Below are positions 8,582 through 19,947 of a stretch of 64,000 nucleotides of DNA, piece by piece. The number at the start of each line of letters is the position of its first letter. Position 1 is the stretch's first letter. The stretch spans positions 96,628-160,627 of the IMG/VR virus record IMGVR_UViG_3300018890_000001; one strand, given 5' to 3'. Both the position numbers and the translations under genes were made by a program. Under the pieces are notes generated by a model. The model did not search any database. It was given only the letters and a program-made list of their open reading frames with translations, and was not told the DNA's origin. The DNA comes from a virus.

Positions 8582-10026
8582 ATTTTTCCGTTGGTTGTGC
8601 CCCTGGCTTTTGCCGGAACGGTTTGCGCGGAAGCTGCTTTCCCTGGGATATTGGTTTTCGAGGCGATCGCCTTAGAACCTTTCTCGATCGTCACTTCTTC
8701 GACTACAGCACCATCCTCTTCGGGAATAGCCTTCTCATCTTTTGGTGGTTTTTCTGGACCTGGTGGCAGAGCTGCTTCTTGTGCCGGTTCGCCTTCGAGT
8801 CCAGTGCCATCCATAAATTTGTCGCCGGCCGGTCCAATCGGTTGCAGCCCTGTAGCAAGACGCATCTCGTTTCGCGTCGCCAAATTTTTCTCGAACAGCA
8901 TTGTCGCTCGGGTCGCTTCCTGTTCTTCGGTACGCTTTTCTAAGTCGGCGTATTCCTTTGTAAAACCGGGTTCGTAGTAGTTTACAAGTTCTAGGTTTTC
9001 GTGCTCGTTGAGGATGTTGGCGATAGGAACCACACCTTCTTGGTAAGATGCGTCTGCCGACACACCAGCGGTGGCATACGTGAATTGTTCGTGGCCCAAG
9101 TCTTTGGGTGTTAAACCGAACGGCATACAGATTAATCGCAGTAGTAACTCAGTCCAACCGAGATAAAGCTCACCGTCGCTCGAAGCACCGAGCGTGACGA
9201 CCTTAATCAAACCTTTGCCTCCGGCGATCGGTGTTTGACCGTCGATCTCTACTTTCGTGTTCCAGTAATCTCGAAACGCATCGAGTTCTACTTGGGTTAC
9301 ATCTCCGATGTCGAGGATGTACTTGGCAGAAACTTTGGAAGTCGCGTTGTGCTGGAAGTTGTTGAGCGCCAACCAAGACAGTACATACGGAAACGCGATC
9401 TCGACAGGTGACGGCGGCATAAGCTCGTAAGAAGCGCTGTCGATCTGCATAATGTACATATCTTCGTCAGCCAGCAACTCCTGCGTAGTGTAATCTTTGC
9501 GGTAGAGGTAGCGAGCTTCTTCTGGATTATCCTGCCAAACAGGATTGAATTCTATTTTGGCGGCATCGATACAGAAAGCAAAAAACCTGCGGATGCTTTT
9601 ACTATCTCTTTTTAATAAATCATCGTTACCGTGCATCCGCTGTATCGCCGCGTAGTTAAGCGTCAAAAGGTCTTTAACGACAGCGTTTGTATATTTTGTA
9701 TAAGTATTTTGCGCAAGCTCATAATTAGGTCGGAGCAAGCTGCCTTTTATTTCTTCTGCTCGTTGAATTGCCCCTGGTTTTTCGCGGTCTTCCTTGGGTG
9801 GGCTGATATGCCACGGCATGAGTGATACGCCGCGCTGAATTCTCTGGATGCACTTTGCTACTGGTCCGACGCGGGTGGTCGTTCGCAACAGCTCGAACGA
9901 GGGACGCGCTCGCAAGCGCACCGATTTCTGAAACTCGATCGCTGGGTCGATTTCTGGATAGTGTGGGCGTGGATTGTGAACGTGCGGTCTTAAAAAAACT
10001 AATTTTCCGCGAGTATTTGCAGGCAT
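8578..10026 (-). CDS. Phage portal protein
   Basis: LLRPN, DLLTLNYA, ICMPFGLTPKDLG, TRNEMR...GLQPI..GD motifs; probable start ATG 10026. Confidence 0.85.
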   Translation of the reverse strand: MPANTRGKLVFLRPHVHNPRPHYPEIDPAIEFQKSVRLRARPSFELLRTTTRVGPVAKCIQRIQRGVSLMPWHISPPKEDREKPGAIQRAEEIKGSLLRPNYELAQNTYTKYTNAVVKDLLTLNYAAIQRMHGNDDLLKRDSKSIRRFFAFCIDAAKIEFNPVWQDNPEEARYLYRKDYTTQELLADEDMYIMQIDSASYELMPPSPVEIAFPYVLSWLALNNFQHNATSKVSAKYILDIGDVTQVELDAFRDYWNTKVEIDGQTPIAGGKGLIKVVTLGASSDGELYLGWTELLLRLICMPFGLTPKDLGHEQFTYATAGVSADASYQEGVVPIANILNEHENLELVNYYEPGFTKEYADLEKRTEEQEATRATMLFEKNLATRNEMRLATGLQPIGPAGDKFMDGTGLEGEPAQEAALPPGPEKPPKDEKAIPEEDGAVVEEVTIEKGSKAIASKTNIPGKAASAQTVPAKARGTTNGKI

Positions 10027-10094
10027 ATATAAAAAAAGAAGTCGAGCGTTCTTGTTCGCGCAACCTCCGACTAAGATTAGTTGGTATTCTGTGA

Positions 10095-10511
10095 TTGTAT
10101 TCCTTCTTCCTAATTCAAGCATACGCTACGGACAGCTTGGATAGTGCCAGAATATTGGTATCTCAATTTTTACCAAAAATGTTTGAAATTTCTAATGGTG
10201 CCACCAAAGTTTGTTTGATCTCCCTTGCTGATGTAGAAACCTCCCAAGATATCGCCCCCATCAAAGCCGAATTTTCGACCGACAACAAAGATTTGATCAA
10301 TGAATTTCGCTACTACTACTGCACCACACCAGGGTCTTTTGGTAAGTGCATGGGCGACGCTCTGGCGAAAAGTCCACCAAATTGGGGTCTGAGTGACTTC
10401 GATAATTTAGAGAAAATCCTGACGAATTTCCCTAAGCCTTGGCGCGTCAAAGTGGGAGATCGACCGAAACATGACCCATTTATTCCGCCCGACAACGGAG
10501 CTATTTACTAA
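10095..10511 (+). CDS. Hypothetical protein
   Basis: 138-aa ORF coupled (TAATG) to next gene. Confidence 0.6.
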   Translation: MYSFFLIQAYATDSLDSARILVSQFLPKMFEISNGATKVCLISLADVETSQDIAPIKAEFSTDNKDLINEFRYYYCTTPGSFGKCMGDALAKSPPNWGLSDFDNLEKILTNFPKPWRVKVGDRPKHDPFIPPDNGAIY

Positions 10512-12225
10512 TGAGCTATGCGCTGTTTCAAATTCAATGTCGGGCGATCGAACTTACGCTGGCACTATCTGAGCGCGAATATCTACGATATCCACCAGGG
10601 ACGATTATCGACGGTGTGAATGTGGGTGGTCAGTTTGCCAATGGCAAGAAATCTGGTAGTGCAGCACCACCAAAAGAAAAGACCGTCACTGAGCAGAAAC
10701 CACCGCCTTGGGTGAAAACTTTGGAGAAAGCTTTTGCTCAAGGCAAGGGCTTGGAGGAAAAGGTTGGGCGCGTCGTAAATCAGATATCAAACGAAATTAC
10801 GACACAGTACGGTATAAAACCAGAGCCGACGATCGCCCAACCTGAAAAAAAATTTACCGAAAAACTCAGAGAAGCTGCTGCCAGGTATGGATTAATTGAA
10901 GCGCAACTGTCGAAAGCGACGCCGGACAAGCAGAAGGTTTTGCTCGAAGACTTGATTAAAGCTTCTATCCCACTTGCTGTTGCTGTTTCATTGACCGTTG
11001 GTGCTGAGGTGGCGATCGGACTATTCTTGGGCCAGACCGTTGGGGAATTGTTGATTGGGTCGTCGATCGGTTTAGGGGTGTCGGTCGGTGTCGATAAAAG
11101 TTTGGACTTAGCAAAGGTTGAAAACCCGATCGTCAGAGCCGGACTTCAACTCGCTGCCGGTGTCGCGACTGGTGGCATTGTCAGCAAAGTGGCGAGAGCC
11201 TCAGCTTTGAATTTTGGGAAGTTCAGCGAAACAGCCAAAGAATTTATTGAGCAAGCGACTGTCGTTCCTGGTATCCGATCTAAAATCAAAAATCCATATA
11301 GAACCGCTGCGGTACTTGACAAAGACGGTATCGATTCTCAGAAAGTGTTGGATGCGCTGCGTCGTGAAGTGGAACAAGAAAAAAGAATAGTACCAGAGCT
11401 GCGGACGCCCCATACCTTCTCAAAACGACTTGATGAATATGTCGAACTTTCTCTAGCCAAGAAAACAGGCGTTGGAACTGACTGGCGCAAAGGTATTGTG
11501 GATGCTGAGCTTAAATATGGAGAGGCGATCGAGAGAATTCATTCTGTTGCAATTAAAGATGCTTTCACTCCGGGAACCGAAAAAGTCTATCAAGATTTTT
11601 TATCAACAATTAAAGCTGGCAAGAAGGGAAGCGCGAATGTGATTGAAGCCAATCCAGACGAAATAGATGCTGGAGTTGGCGCTAAATTAATTACTAAAGG
11701 TAAACGTAAATATAAAGGCTACGAATTCGATATTGAAGATCGCCTCCGTGAAGTTCGTCAAGCGACAACTGAAGCATCTCGATTGTCTAATGTTGATTTA
11801 GGGGATATTTATGTTGGACATATTGAAGGGAAAGGCTACAATGCGACACGCGGTTTTATGGTTAAGGTTGATAGTGTCAAGTATATGGGATTGGTTTTAT
11901 GCACGATAGTCGATATTTAGCATTTCATGAAACAGGTCATTTTATTGAAGATGCTAAAAAACTTGTTGATACCTCAGTTGACTACATCAATAATCGCAGT
12001 GATAGCGCATACACTGCAATTATTGATGGTCAAAAACAGAAATTCACTGATTTTCTAAATTTGTACACAGGCAAAACTTACGGAGAAATTGGCGCAGAGC
12101 GAGCAACTGAGGTTGTTTCTACTGGATTGGAAAATTTATCGTCATTCCAAAGAGTACATCGGATCGCCCGCGAAGATCCAGATCACTTGCGATATACGCT
12201 ATTTGCGCTCGATGCTACCAATTAG
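10511..12225 (+). pseudogene. Virion cargo/MuF-associated-like protein with C-terminal HExxH metallopeptidase, frameshifted at ~11875-11899
   Basis: N-terminal RYPPG...GGQFA; -1 frame continues YGIGFMHDSRYLAFHETGHFIE...YTGKTY...TEVVSTGLE. Confidence 0.6.
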
Positions 12226-12559
12226 CTATCTCATCCTTGTCCTGGCGCTGCGAGAATGCAACAGATTGCGAAAGGATCAAGTCCGGATACATGGATTGCA
12301 GGCGATCGAATTCTGCGATAGTTTCCGTGTCGTCGATCGCCACCAATAAGTAAGGATTAGTCTCTCTGAACAAAGCGCGCTCGTTCTTCCTAGCTAGTTT
12401 GCACAGCGAGTTTGCCCAGAGTGTCTGAGTGGATTGCTGGTGATCCTCTTCGAGGGCTTCGCTAACGGGACTAAATAAGCTGCGAATCAACTCGATCTGT
12501 GTGCAGGCGTAAGATAATTTATAGCTTTGATATCGATACATAAATTTGTAATTAAACAA
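12215..12559 (-). CDS. Hypothetical protein
   Basis: ORF; probable start ATG 12541. Confidence 0.5.
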   Translation of the reverse strand: MFNYKFMYRYQSYKLSYACTQIELIRSLFSPVSEALEEDHQQSTQTLWANSLCKLARKNERALFRETNPYLLVAIDDTETIAEFDRLQSMYPDLILSQSVAFSQRQDKDEIANW

Positions 12560-12606
12560 TAAAAAAGGAACCGAGAGAATTACCTCTCGGTTCCTTTTTA
12601 TTGTAT

Positions 12607-12915
12607 CTAGTTCACACTAAAATCATGACGGGTTTCCGTATTTCCTGCCGGATCTTTATCAAACATCACACATAGCACCGCATTGTTATCCATTGCGAAT
12701 GGAACTAGAAACTCCGTTAAAGGTTCCACGCACGCATTGTACAATCCAGTGATGGTTATAGTGTTTGTTAGCTTTGGATTTTCCTTCGCAACTTCTTGCG
12801 CAACTACAATATTTAGCCTTGGAAAACTGTTTTTAATTTTAGCCTGCACGACTTTTGCCATTATGGGGCTTTGTAGGTACAGTTTGATTTGCTCGGAACA
12901 TTGTTGTGATGCCAT
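12607..12915 (-). CDS. Hypothetical protein
   Basis: Upstream TATAAT; terminator 12561-12599. Confidence 0.7.
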   Translation of the reverse strand: MASQQCSEQIKLYLQSPIMAKVVQAKIKNSFPRLNIVVAQEVAKENPKLTNTITITGLYNACVEPLTEFLVPFAMDNNAVLCVMFDKDPAGNTETRHDFSVN

Positions 12916-13222
12916 TTGTTTTACGTTTAATGTACACGATTATATTACAACTAAACAATAAACAAATCAAGTGTTTTTGAATTCCTTTGGATAAAAAGCT
13001 AAGCTATTATTTTGTTGCTTCATTGATGTACGAATAAAATAACCAAATTCCAAACAAGAAACCTATAATTGTCCCAACTAAGTGATAGTTCATGAGTAAA
13101 ATTGAGTATGTATAAGCTGATTGTACCACTTTTAAGCAATATTTTACCACAAGAATCGGAAGGTTTGACATATTATTCTTTTTGTAATATAATTAAAGTG
13201 TAAAGAAATAAAGAGCAAATAT

Positions 13223-13681
13223 ATGTCTTTAATAACAAAAGTGTTAGCACTCTTTGAAGTCAAAGCTAATTTACATAGAAAAACAGCCACATTTGTGGTT
13301 TTAAAAACTCTAGAGACAACGAAAGTTGCTCTCCCGGAGGAATTAAAAGCTTTTTTGGTAAAGCGAATTTGTCGAGCGCGTCTCGACATCAGGTTGTTTA
13401 TAAGCCTGATATGGCTAGAAGCCCTTTTAGTAGGGCTTCCCAAGGACATACAAATCTGGCAACTGCGGTTCCAAATTTGCGATCTTCAAGATCAAATTTG
13501 GAAGCTCCGATTCCTAATACTACCTTTATTCAAAGTGCTTTGTTATTTGCAAGGTTTCTGCGAAGGAACCGCATTCGGTATCTTCGTTGCTTTCATGATA
13601 TACAGCTTCATCAAGTGGATGGCGTTGCAGAGACAGAAATGCAGTCTTTACTACCTACTTTACCGCAGTAAAGCGGTTTAA
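13223..13681 (+). CDS. Putative membrane protein
   Basis: TTGACA..TATAAT promoter; hydrophobic segments; terminator. Confidence 0.65.
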   Translation: MSLITKVLALFEVKANLHRKTATFVVLKTLETTKVALPEELKAFLVKRICRARLDIRLFISLIWLEALLVGLPKDIQIWQLRFQICDLQDQIWKLRFLILPLFKVLCYLQGFCEGTAFGIFVAFMIYSFIKWMALQRQKCSLYYLLYRSKAV

Positions 13682-13771
13682 TAAAAAAGAGTCATCAATT
13701 TGATGGCTCTTTTTTTGTCTGTATATATTTAAAACAAAAAAGCCGTAAGATTTGCGTCTTACGGCTTTTTT

Positions 13772-14074
13772 TTAGGTCAGTGCTACAGATAGAAGTAAAA
13801 ATACTTCGATACCTGTACACACGGTGGGTTGTGACCAACCCTTCCAATGAGCTATCTTATCAGCTAGCAAGTATTGACTTGCTGTGACAACAACTAGCGT
13901 TAATAGTTCAATTAATCCCGCTAACGGGATGTGCATAATCCACCCATTTAGGTGGCATTCAGGAATTAATTCCTGAAGTACGTTACTGAACTCCCAGAGG
14001 GAGGCTATAACTGGAAACATTACAAAAAATAAGGCGATCGGAGTGATCCGATCGCCTGTGTTATTTAATTTCAT
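13772..14074 (-). CDS. Small multi-pass membrane protein
   Basis: Three hydrophobic helices; AGGAG SD. Confidence 0.7.
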   Translation of the reverse strand: MKLNNTGDRITPIALFFVMFPVIASLWEFSNVLQELIPECHLNGWIMHIPLAGLIELLTLVVVTASQYLLADKIAHWKGWSQPTVCTGIEVFLLLSVALT

Positions 14075-14235
14075 TGTACGATCTCCTGATCTGTTTATAC
14101 TCTATTATTGTACGACGAAACATAAATAAAGTCAAATTTAGCCTATTTTAGAAGGGTTTTAGACTCAAAAAGTGTATTAAATTGACTATTTTATGGACAA
14201 CCCATATAATAATTGTGTAGTTTTTACCTAGATCT

Positions 14236-15075
14236 ATGAAATTAGCATCATCTTTGTACAAAGGCGGTAAATTGATTGACGCTTCTGAAGCTGATTATGA
14301 ATGCAGTAAAGAATTGGGGATAGTTTGCCCTTTCTGTAAAGAAGCTGTGTTTCTTGCCCGAGAACATATTCGCAAGAACAGTAACGTGCGCGCCTCTTGG
14401 CGACACTATAAGGTGTCAGAACAGTCTGCGTTCTGTGAAGAACGTGCACTAAGTGTTCAAGGCAAAGAAATGCTCAAACAGTTACAACCTGAAGCTCGCG
14501 GACAACGGTTAAGGTTATTTAATCGTAGATTTTGGGATATCTACAGCTACGAGAAAGACGTGCCGCCACTAGATAAGGTGACACGTCATATCTTCGACGA
14601 TAAAACGACTAACTTACTTATCAAACACTGTAGAGACAAGTGGGATATACCCGCTATCATGAAAATTATTCCTAGCAGGATAGAATCCATCGTTGAAACA
14701 GTAGAAAAGAGTAGTTCCGAGCTTGTTCCGATGCTGAACAGTGTCGGTTTAGATCGATTGGCGTTTGCAGAACAACAAGATGTGTTGCAAACAGCACGAA
14801 ACTCTCTGAATCATTTTGCAGGTATTAAGTTCTCACTGTTGAGACATAAAATATTGTCGGAAGTCATTGAATGGCTCCCAACGGAGACGGCTTCCGCCAG
14901 TTTCCGAAAGGTAATTCTGTTGGCGATTATAGACTGTCGTGCTATTTCAGCACCACCAATCCATTCGAGCGCGATCGCCAACGTAGCTGTATCGAGCTTG
15001 ATACTCACTGACTGGGAAGTAGCGATCGCCAGTCTAAAAGAACCATCGAAAGGACTCGGTTTCGGTAAGGCTTAA
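14236..15075 (+). CDS. Protein with CoiA-like N-terminal Zn finger
   Basis: LIDASEADY..LGIVCPFCKEAVFL...WRHY...CEER. Confidence 0.7.
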   Translation: MKLASSLYKGGKLIDASEADYECSKELGIVCPFCKEAVFLAREHIRKNSNVRASWRHYKVSEQSAFCEERALSVQGKEMLKQLQPEARGQRLRLFNRRFWDIYSYEKDVPPLDKVTRHIFDDKTTNLLIKHCRDKWDIPAIMKIIPSRIESIVETVEKSSSELVPMLNSVGLDRLAFAEQQDVLQTARNSLNHFAGIKFSLLRHKILSEVIEWLPTETASASFRKVILLAIIDCRAISAPPIHSSAIANVAVSSLILTDWEVAIASLKEPSKGLGFGKA

Positions 15076-15140
15076 GCTAAAAATAAAAGCCCGCATACTT
15101 GCTTAAGTATGCGGGCTTTTTCGTTGTTGTGGCGATCGGA

Positions 15141-15677
15141 TTAGCGAGAAAGTCTCATTTGAGTCAGGCGATCGTCAAACGCAGCGATCTTGTTATGCAG
15201 GTCGATCAGATTTTGGATATCTGTTTTTGCAGCGATCAAATATCTGAGTACCCGTAAATCGTTGTGAAATTGCTCGACTTCCGAGGTTAACCCATCTTGC
15301 TCCTTCGGGAGAAGCATTTCAAGATTTGCTCTGATATTATCCTCCCAGAAACAGTATGATTCTAGTGCCAAATCTTTGATATATTGACGAAACGCTCTCT
15401 CAGCCATTGCCTTTAGTCTTAGACACAAAACGGTTAACGAAGCGTTGAGCGGTAATCTCTCTGTCAACAAGGCATCGTCTACTCCTGGTGCTTCATGTAG
15501 CACTTCAAGAAGTAAATATTCTCGTACTGTTACTGTTAGAAACAGGTTTTTTACGAGTTCTACCCCACAAGACTTGAGTTCAAAGCAGATTCCAATTCTA
15601 TTCCATTCACTTTTATGATAAGTTTGGGGAGTGACGGTGCCATATTTCCGTAAAAATTGTTCTACTTCTTTTTGCAT
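15141..15677 (-). CDS. Hypothetical protein, paralog of 15763..16308
   Basis: Shared QKEVE..L...G.V and C-terminal helical pattern; GTAGTC leader. Confidence 0.8.
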   Translation of the reverse strand: MQKEVEQFLRKYGTVTPQTYHKSEWNRIGICFELKSCGVELVKNLFLTVTVREYLLLEVLHEAPGVDDALLTERLPLNASLTVLCLRLKAMAERAFRQYIKDLALESYCFWEDNIRANLEMLLPKEQDGLTSEVEQFHNDLRVLRYLIAAKTDIQNLIDLHNKIAAFDDRLTQMRLSR

Positions 15678-15762
15678 TAGATCTGAGTTACAACAACGAC
15701 TACGTTATTATAATACAACAAAAAAGCGTAATACAAAGTTATTTGTATTACGCTTTTACAGA

Positions 15763-16308
15763 TTATGAATGTCGCAACTGATTTAAGTCTTCAGTTTCTT
15801 TCTCTAGGTTTTCGCTCAAAGCTATTAGTCTTTTAATAGGGGCTTTCGTGGCGATCGCATCTTCCAATGCTTTGATGTCGGCTTGCAGATTGGCGATTAA
15901 TTTGCGCGCACGATCCTTGTGTTTTGGCGGTAACTGGTTGAACAACCTTTCGATGCCTTCAGGTTTCATTGTCCAGAATTCTTCTGAAGCTAAGCTTTCT
16001 ATGAATTTCCGAGAACCCTTTTCAGCCATATCAATTAGGCGTGAATGCAATGTCTTTAATGACACGTCAATCGCCAGACATTCTGACAGTTCTGGATCAT
16101 CACTTTCTGTCACGTCATGCCACATCTCTAAGATAAGATGCCTTCCGTTTGCTGTGACCGTCTGGTTAAAATCTCTAAGTATTGGCCAGTGAGGGTGTGC
16201 TATCAGCCAGCAGATATCTCCAGGTTGAATAGTTCGGTAACTATCGACACTCATGTGAACTTCTCCACAAAGTTGTAGATACAATTCAACTTCTTTTTGT
16301 ATTTGCAT
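15763..16308 (-). CDS. Hypothetical protein, paralog of 15141..15677
   Basis: Tandem paralog. Confidence 0.8.
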   Translation of the reverse strand: MQIQKEVELYLQLCGEVHMSVDSYRTIQPGDICWLIAHPHWPILRDFNQTVTANGRHLILEMWHDVTESDDPELSECLAIDVSLKTLHSRLIDMAEKGSRKFIESLASEEFWTMKPEGIERLFNQLPPKHKDRARKLIANLQADIKALEDAIATKAPIKRLIALSENLEKETEDLNQLRHS

Positions 16309-16442
16309 TGTTTTGACACTCAAGTTTTATATATTTCTATATATTATAATATGATATGTTTGTTAAAATAGCTAGTTAATTTTTATTGTAATACTAGGGT
16401 GTATATTGTATTATAAATATGTAGTCGTTCAAGTCCTTCGTA

Positions 16443-17051
16443 ATGCAAAAATTAACAGCAAAGTGTTTAATTGTTGATTGCAAGACTCCTTATGTCGATC
16501 GCCAGGTTCTGTTGAACTATGCGTATGGACCTTTGTTCACCGATGAGGAGGAACGGTTTAAAGCTTACGAATTTGAGAACGGTTTGATTCGATTGCCCAA
16601 TTTGCCTGGTTACGATCGTTACTTTAAGGATCGCACAGAACTTTGGCAATGGAAGCCCGACCGAAGAACGAGCGTCGCTGAAATAAAAGAAGCAGGATTC
16701 ACTTGCGACTTTTTCCCCGGAGCCATACATGATTCGATCGCCCGATCGATTGAAGAATTTGGTAGCGTACCCGAAAAATACAAGGAATTACTGACACCAC
16801 TGTTCCGGGTGATCACCCAACTCAGAAATGAACTCGATCGCCTGGGTGCATCATCGATAATGGTTGTTCCCGACGAAGAAGCTTCCGAGGAACTTCGGAT
16901 TGAAGAGATTGATGCAAGTTGTTACAGCGACCACATCGATATTCAGCAGACACTAGCTAACTGGCGACAATTGCCGGACGGCGCTGGCGCAAAAGTAGCG
17001 TGGCTGCAATTGGTAGATTCTGGTCGTCCAGTCCTCCGAGGTCTTGACTAA
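16443..17051 (+). CDS. Hypothetical protein
   Basis: TATTAT-6-GTAGTC leader; terminator 17060-17097. Confidence 0.8.
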   Translation: MQKLTAKCLIVDCKTPYVDRQVLLNYAYGPLFTDEEERFKAYEFENGLIRLPNLPGYDRYFKDRTELWQWKPDRRTSVAEIKEAGFTCDFFPGAIHDSIARSIEEFGSVPEKYKELLTPLFRVITQLRNELDRLGASSIMVVPDEEASEELRIEEIDASCYSDHIDIQQTLANWRQLPDGAGAKVAWLQLVDSGRPVLRGLD

Positions 17052-17099
17052 CATTCAACAAAAAGCCCGCACACTTAATTAAGTGTGTGGGCTTTTTAT

Positions 17100-18077
17100 T
17101 CAGCTAGGTCCGTTTTGGTTGGCGATCGCCCCCAATGGCATTTCCCAGCGAGCATCAAAGATTGGATAATCCCAATCAGTATCTCGCAGTTCTGCAATTA
17201 GCTCTGATGTGATTCCTGTGAATGGGGTTCCGGCGTCAGCCCGATCACCCATCCATAAATGCTCAATTTCAACTTCGCCGTTCCGCTTCTTTGATTTGAA
17301 GTGGATGCTTTTGTTGAATTCCTTTTCCAGCGTCGCCATTTCTGCAAACTGTTCTGGCAGCACTGCGCGGAACGATGCAATTTGATCAGCGTCCGAGAAG
17401 ATACAACCGGCACAAGAGCACCGCCCCCAACCTGCTCGATAACAAGGGTGGGGATTTACTTTGTGGCGGGCGATCGTCTGCCAGACTTCCTGAGTAGTCC
17501 ACTTATGAACTGGTCGCCAATGATCGATTGTTCGATGCTTGCTATTGCAAACGTGTGGCTCGAAGTCTTGATAGCCAGCGCGTTGTTTCGACTCCTCTGC
17601 GCGTTCGCCGGAAATAAATAACGTGCGATTGCCGAGGAAGCGGACTTGATTGTTTAGCGCGCTGCGACCCACATCAATTTTTTGCAAAGCAGAACACCAG
17701 CGACCCGATTCAATCTTACCGACGTGCGGATACTGGCGACAGGTTAAGACTTTCCCTAATCCGCCACCTCTTTCGACTAACCCATTAGGAGTCTCAAAAT
17801 AGTAAGCGGCGCTCTTGCGGTTTTCCCGCAGCAGCTCGGCTTTGAAACCACCGAACCGACCCGAGAAGTAAATCTGAATTCCGAATGCTTTGGCGATCGC
17901 CTGAGCGTATGCGCCAGAGCAAAACCAATCAATAAATGGTGTTTCACCATCAACGAGATGGTGCTACAGCTCAATTTTTTCTGGTGGAAAACCTAATTCT
18001 AGGCAGTGCAATAAACACGCTAGAGAATCTTTTCCGCAGAACGAAATAATTATAAAGTCGTATCTTTTGTGATTCAT
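17100..18077 (-). pseudogene. PAPS-reductase-family protein with in-frame amber stop and damaged PP-loop
   Basis: ISFCGKDS (vs SFSGGKDS); IEL*HH with TAG at 17964-17966; RWCSALQKID, GERAEES..RA, HPCY..GWGRCSCAGCIF downstream in the same frame. Confidence 0.85.
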
Positions 18078-18196
18078 TGGATTGAAAAGTAGCTACATTT
18101 TTAGTGTATGACATTAGATTGTTATACACAATTGATATGCTTGTATTTTAACGCAATTAATATTACAATTTATTTGTAGTTAATTTTCGGAATCCA

Positions 18197-18646
18197 ATGA
18201 AATCTATAGAAAAGCTTGCAGGACATATTTCTCGCCAGTGCGTTGCGGTTAAGTGTGGACAACTGTCATGGGAAGATATTGAAGATGAGCGAATGCAAAA
18301 AATTATTGCGCTCGCAAATGCTAGTGAAGTCTATTACGAAAAAGTGATTGATTTTTGCTGGCACGTCGAAGTTTCTGCACCATTTTTCAAGGTTGACGAC
18401 ATTGCGCGCTATAGGCATACGCTACGTAGTAATGACGCAGGAAAAGCTTGGTATTGGTTCCGAACACATCCGGAAGCTATTCATTTTGTAGAGCGGGCAA
18501 TCGAGAAACACGCTGAGTCAACAGATTTGGCACAATTTAGCTTCAGGTTGCAGCGGTTTATTTTACTTGCGTTGGAAGCAGAGTTGGATCTAGTTTTCCA
18601 AGCAGTTAAAGATTATATTCTTGAGGTTTGTCAGGAGGAACAATAA
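18197..18646 (+). CDS. Ocr-like acidic protein family, copy 1
   Basis: Paralog of the next two genes (MKSIEKLA/MRSIQELA/MKTIQQIA); function inferred. Confidence 0.6.
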   Translation: MKSIEKLAGHISRQCVAVKCGQLSWEDIEDERMQKIIALANASEVYYEKVIDFCWHVEVSAPFFKVDDIARYRHTLRSNDAGKAWYWFRTHPEAIHFVERAIEKHAESTDLAQFSFRLQRFILLALEAELDLVFQAVKDYILEVCQEEQ

Positions 18647-18752
18647 CTAAAAAGGAGGTAGCGATTGAATAATGTTCGATCGCCACCTTTTTTATTTTCA
18701 TTTTTTGCAACAACTGTTATAATTTATTTGTAGTTAGATAGAATTCTATGTC

Positions 18753-19262
18753 ATGGAAGTAATTCAAATCATGAGATCTATTCAAGAGTTGGCAGATGAG
18801 TTGTATACACTTTGTTACCACGCACACCGAGGTAACAAAAAAGTCAAAAAGGAGGATTGTTCTCAAAAACTATGGACTGTTATTCAATTCACTCAAAACA
18901 AGTACAAGTACGATTTTTTACAAAATGCGATTGACGCAATCAAAAACGAACCAAGTGAAATCAATAAACCTGAAGATGTCGAACCCGTTGAATTGGCTGA
19001 CACCTACTGGAATTTTGATAAGTTGTGGGAATTTTATACTTCCAACACAGATCATTACTACCGCGTCCAAGAGCTAGTTCAAGAACACTTGCAACCTGAA
19101 GAAATTAAAAACTTCTGCCAAAAACGATTCTTTAATTTGCTTATGCAACAACAGCAAGATGAAGTATTTCATGCAACTCTTGCATACCTTTTTGAGGCTT
19201 ACGAGACTCAAGAGTTCGATGAAGAAGATGAGGATTTTATTACAGTTATCACGTTCAAGTGA
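18753..19262 (+). CDS. Ocr-like acidic protein family, copy 2
   Basis: Acidic tail FDEEDED. Confidence 0.6.
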   Translation: MEVIQIMRSIQELADELYTLCYHAHRGNKKVKKEDCSQKLWTVIQFTQNKYKYDFLQNAIDAIKNEPSEINKPEDVEPVELADTYWNFDKLWEFYTSNTDHYYRVQELVQEHLQPEEIKNFCQKRFFNLLMQQQQDEVFHATLAYLFEAYETQEFDEEDEDFITVITFK

Positions 19263-19405
19263 ATAACCAAAGAAGCCAGTGTTAAATAATAGTTTATTTA
19301 ACACTGGCTTCTTTGGTCTGAATAACTCGATCGCCACCTTTTTGTTTGCATTAAATATTGACGAGTGTTATAATTCTGATGTAGTCGCAAACAGAGATCG
19401 ATCTC

Positions 19406-19885
19406 ATGAAAACCATTCAACAAATTGCAGGAGAGACTCGTGAGTTACTCAGTAATCTCAGAAGTGGAAATGTCCGAATAGACAAAGCTGATTGCTCTAA
19501 AACCCTTTGGGATTTACGTGGCTATCTTGCAGATGACGACGAACGAAATCGTTTAGACACGATTTTAGCTAACATCGAATTTGCAGCTCAAGAAATTGAG
19601 GACATTGACGAATATTTTGAACCCACACAAGAAAACGATGTTAACGAACTGTGGGGATGGCTTATCTGTAATCAGTCCCATGTCCGACTTGTTGAGCAAG
19701 CTATTCAGGAGTATTCAATAAACAATCCAGCAAAAACGCACGACCTGTATAAATCTATAGGTCGTGCCTTACTGGAGAAAGAGCTTGAAATTTTTGGGGC
19801 AGCAAAAGCCTACATCATGGAGGAATACAAAAATCAGCCTGATGACGAGGATGAAGACGAAGAGGACTGTGACGACGAAGAATAA
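19406..19885 (+). CDS. Ocr-like acidic protein family, copy 3
   Basis: Tail DDEDEDEEDCDDEE; TTGCAT-17-TATAAT-6-GTAGTC. Confidence 0.65.
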   Translation: MKTIQQIAGETRELLSNLRSGNVRIDKADCSKTLWDLRGYLADDDERNRLDTILANIEFAAQEIEDIDEYFEPTQENDVNELWGWLICNQSHVRLVEQAIQEYSINNPAKTHDLYKSIGRALLEKELEIFGAAKAYIMEEYKNQPDDEDEDEEDCDDEE

Positions 19886-19947
19886 ATAATTAAGCCCCGC
19901 TAGGCAATTGCTTAGCGGGGCTTTTGTTTGGGAGATCGTCCGCCTTA

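Noticed and set aside
17964-17966. TAG at a conserved Trp position (also a TAG in the small ORF after the helicase, ~32860), suggesting amber recoding
   Set aside because: Many intact genes end in TAG directly before terminators (6555, 43702, 45335, 47076), and the same gene has a damaged PP-loop.
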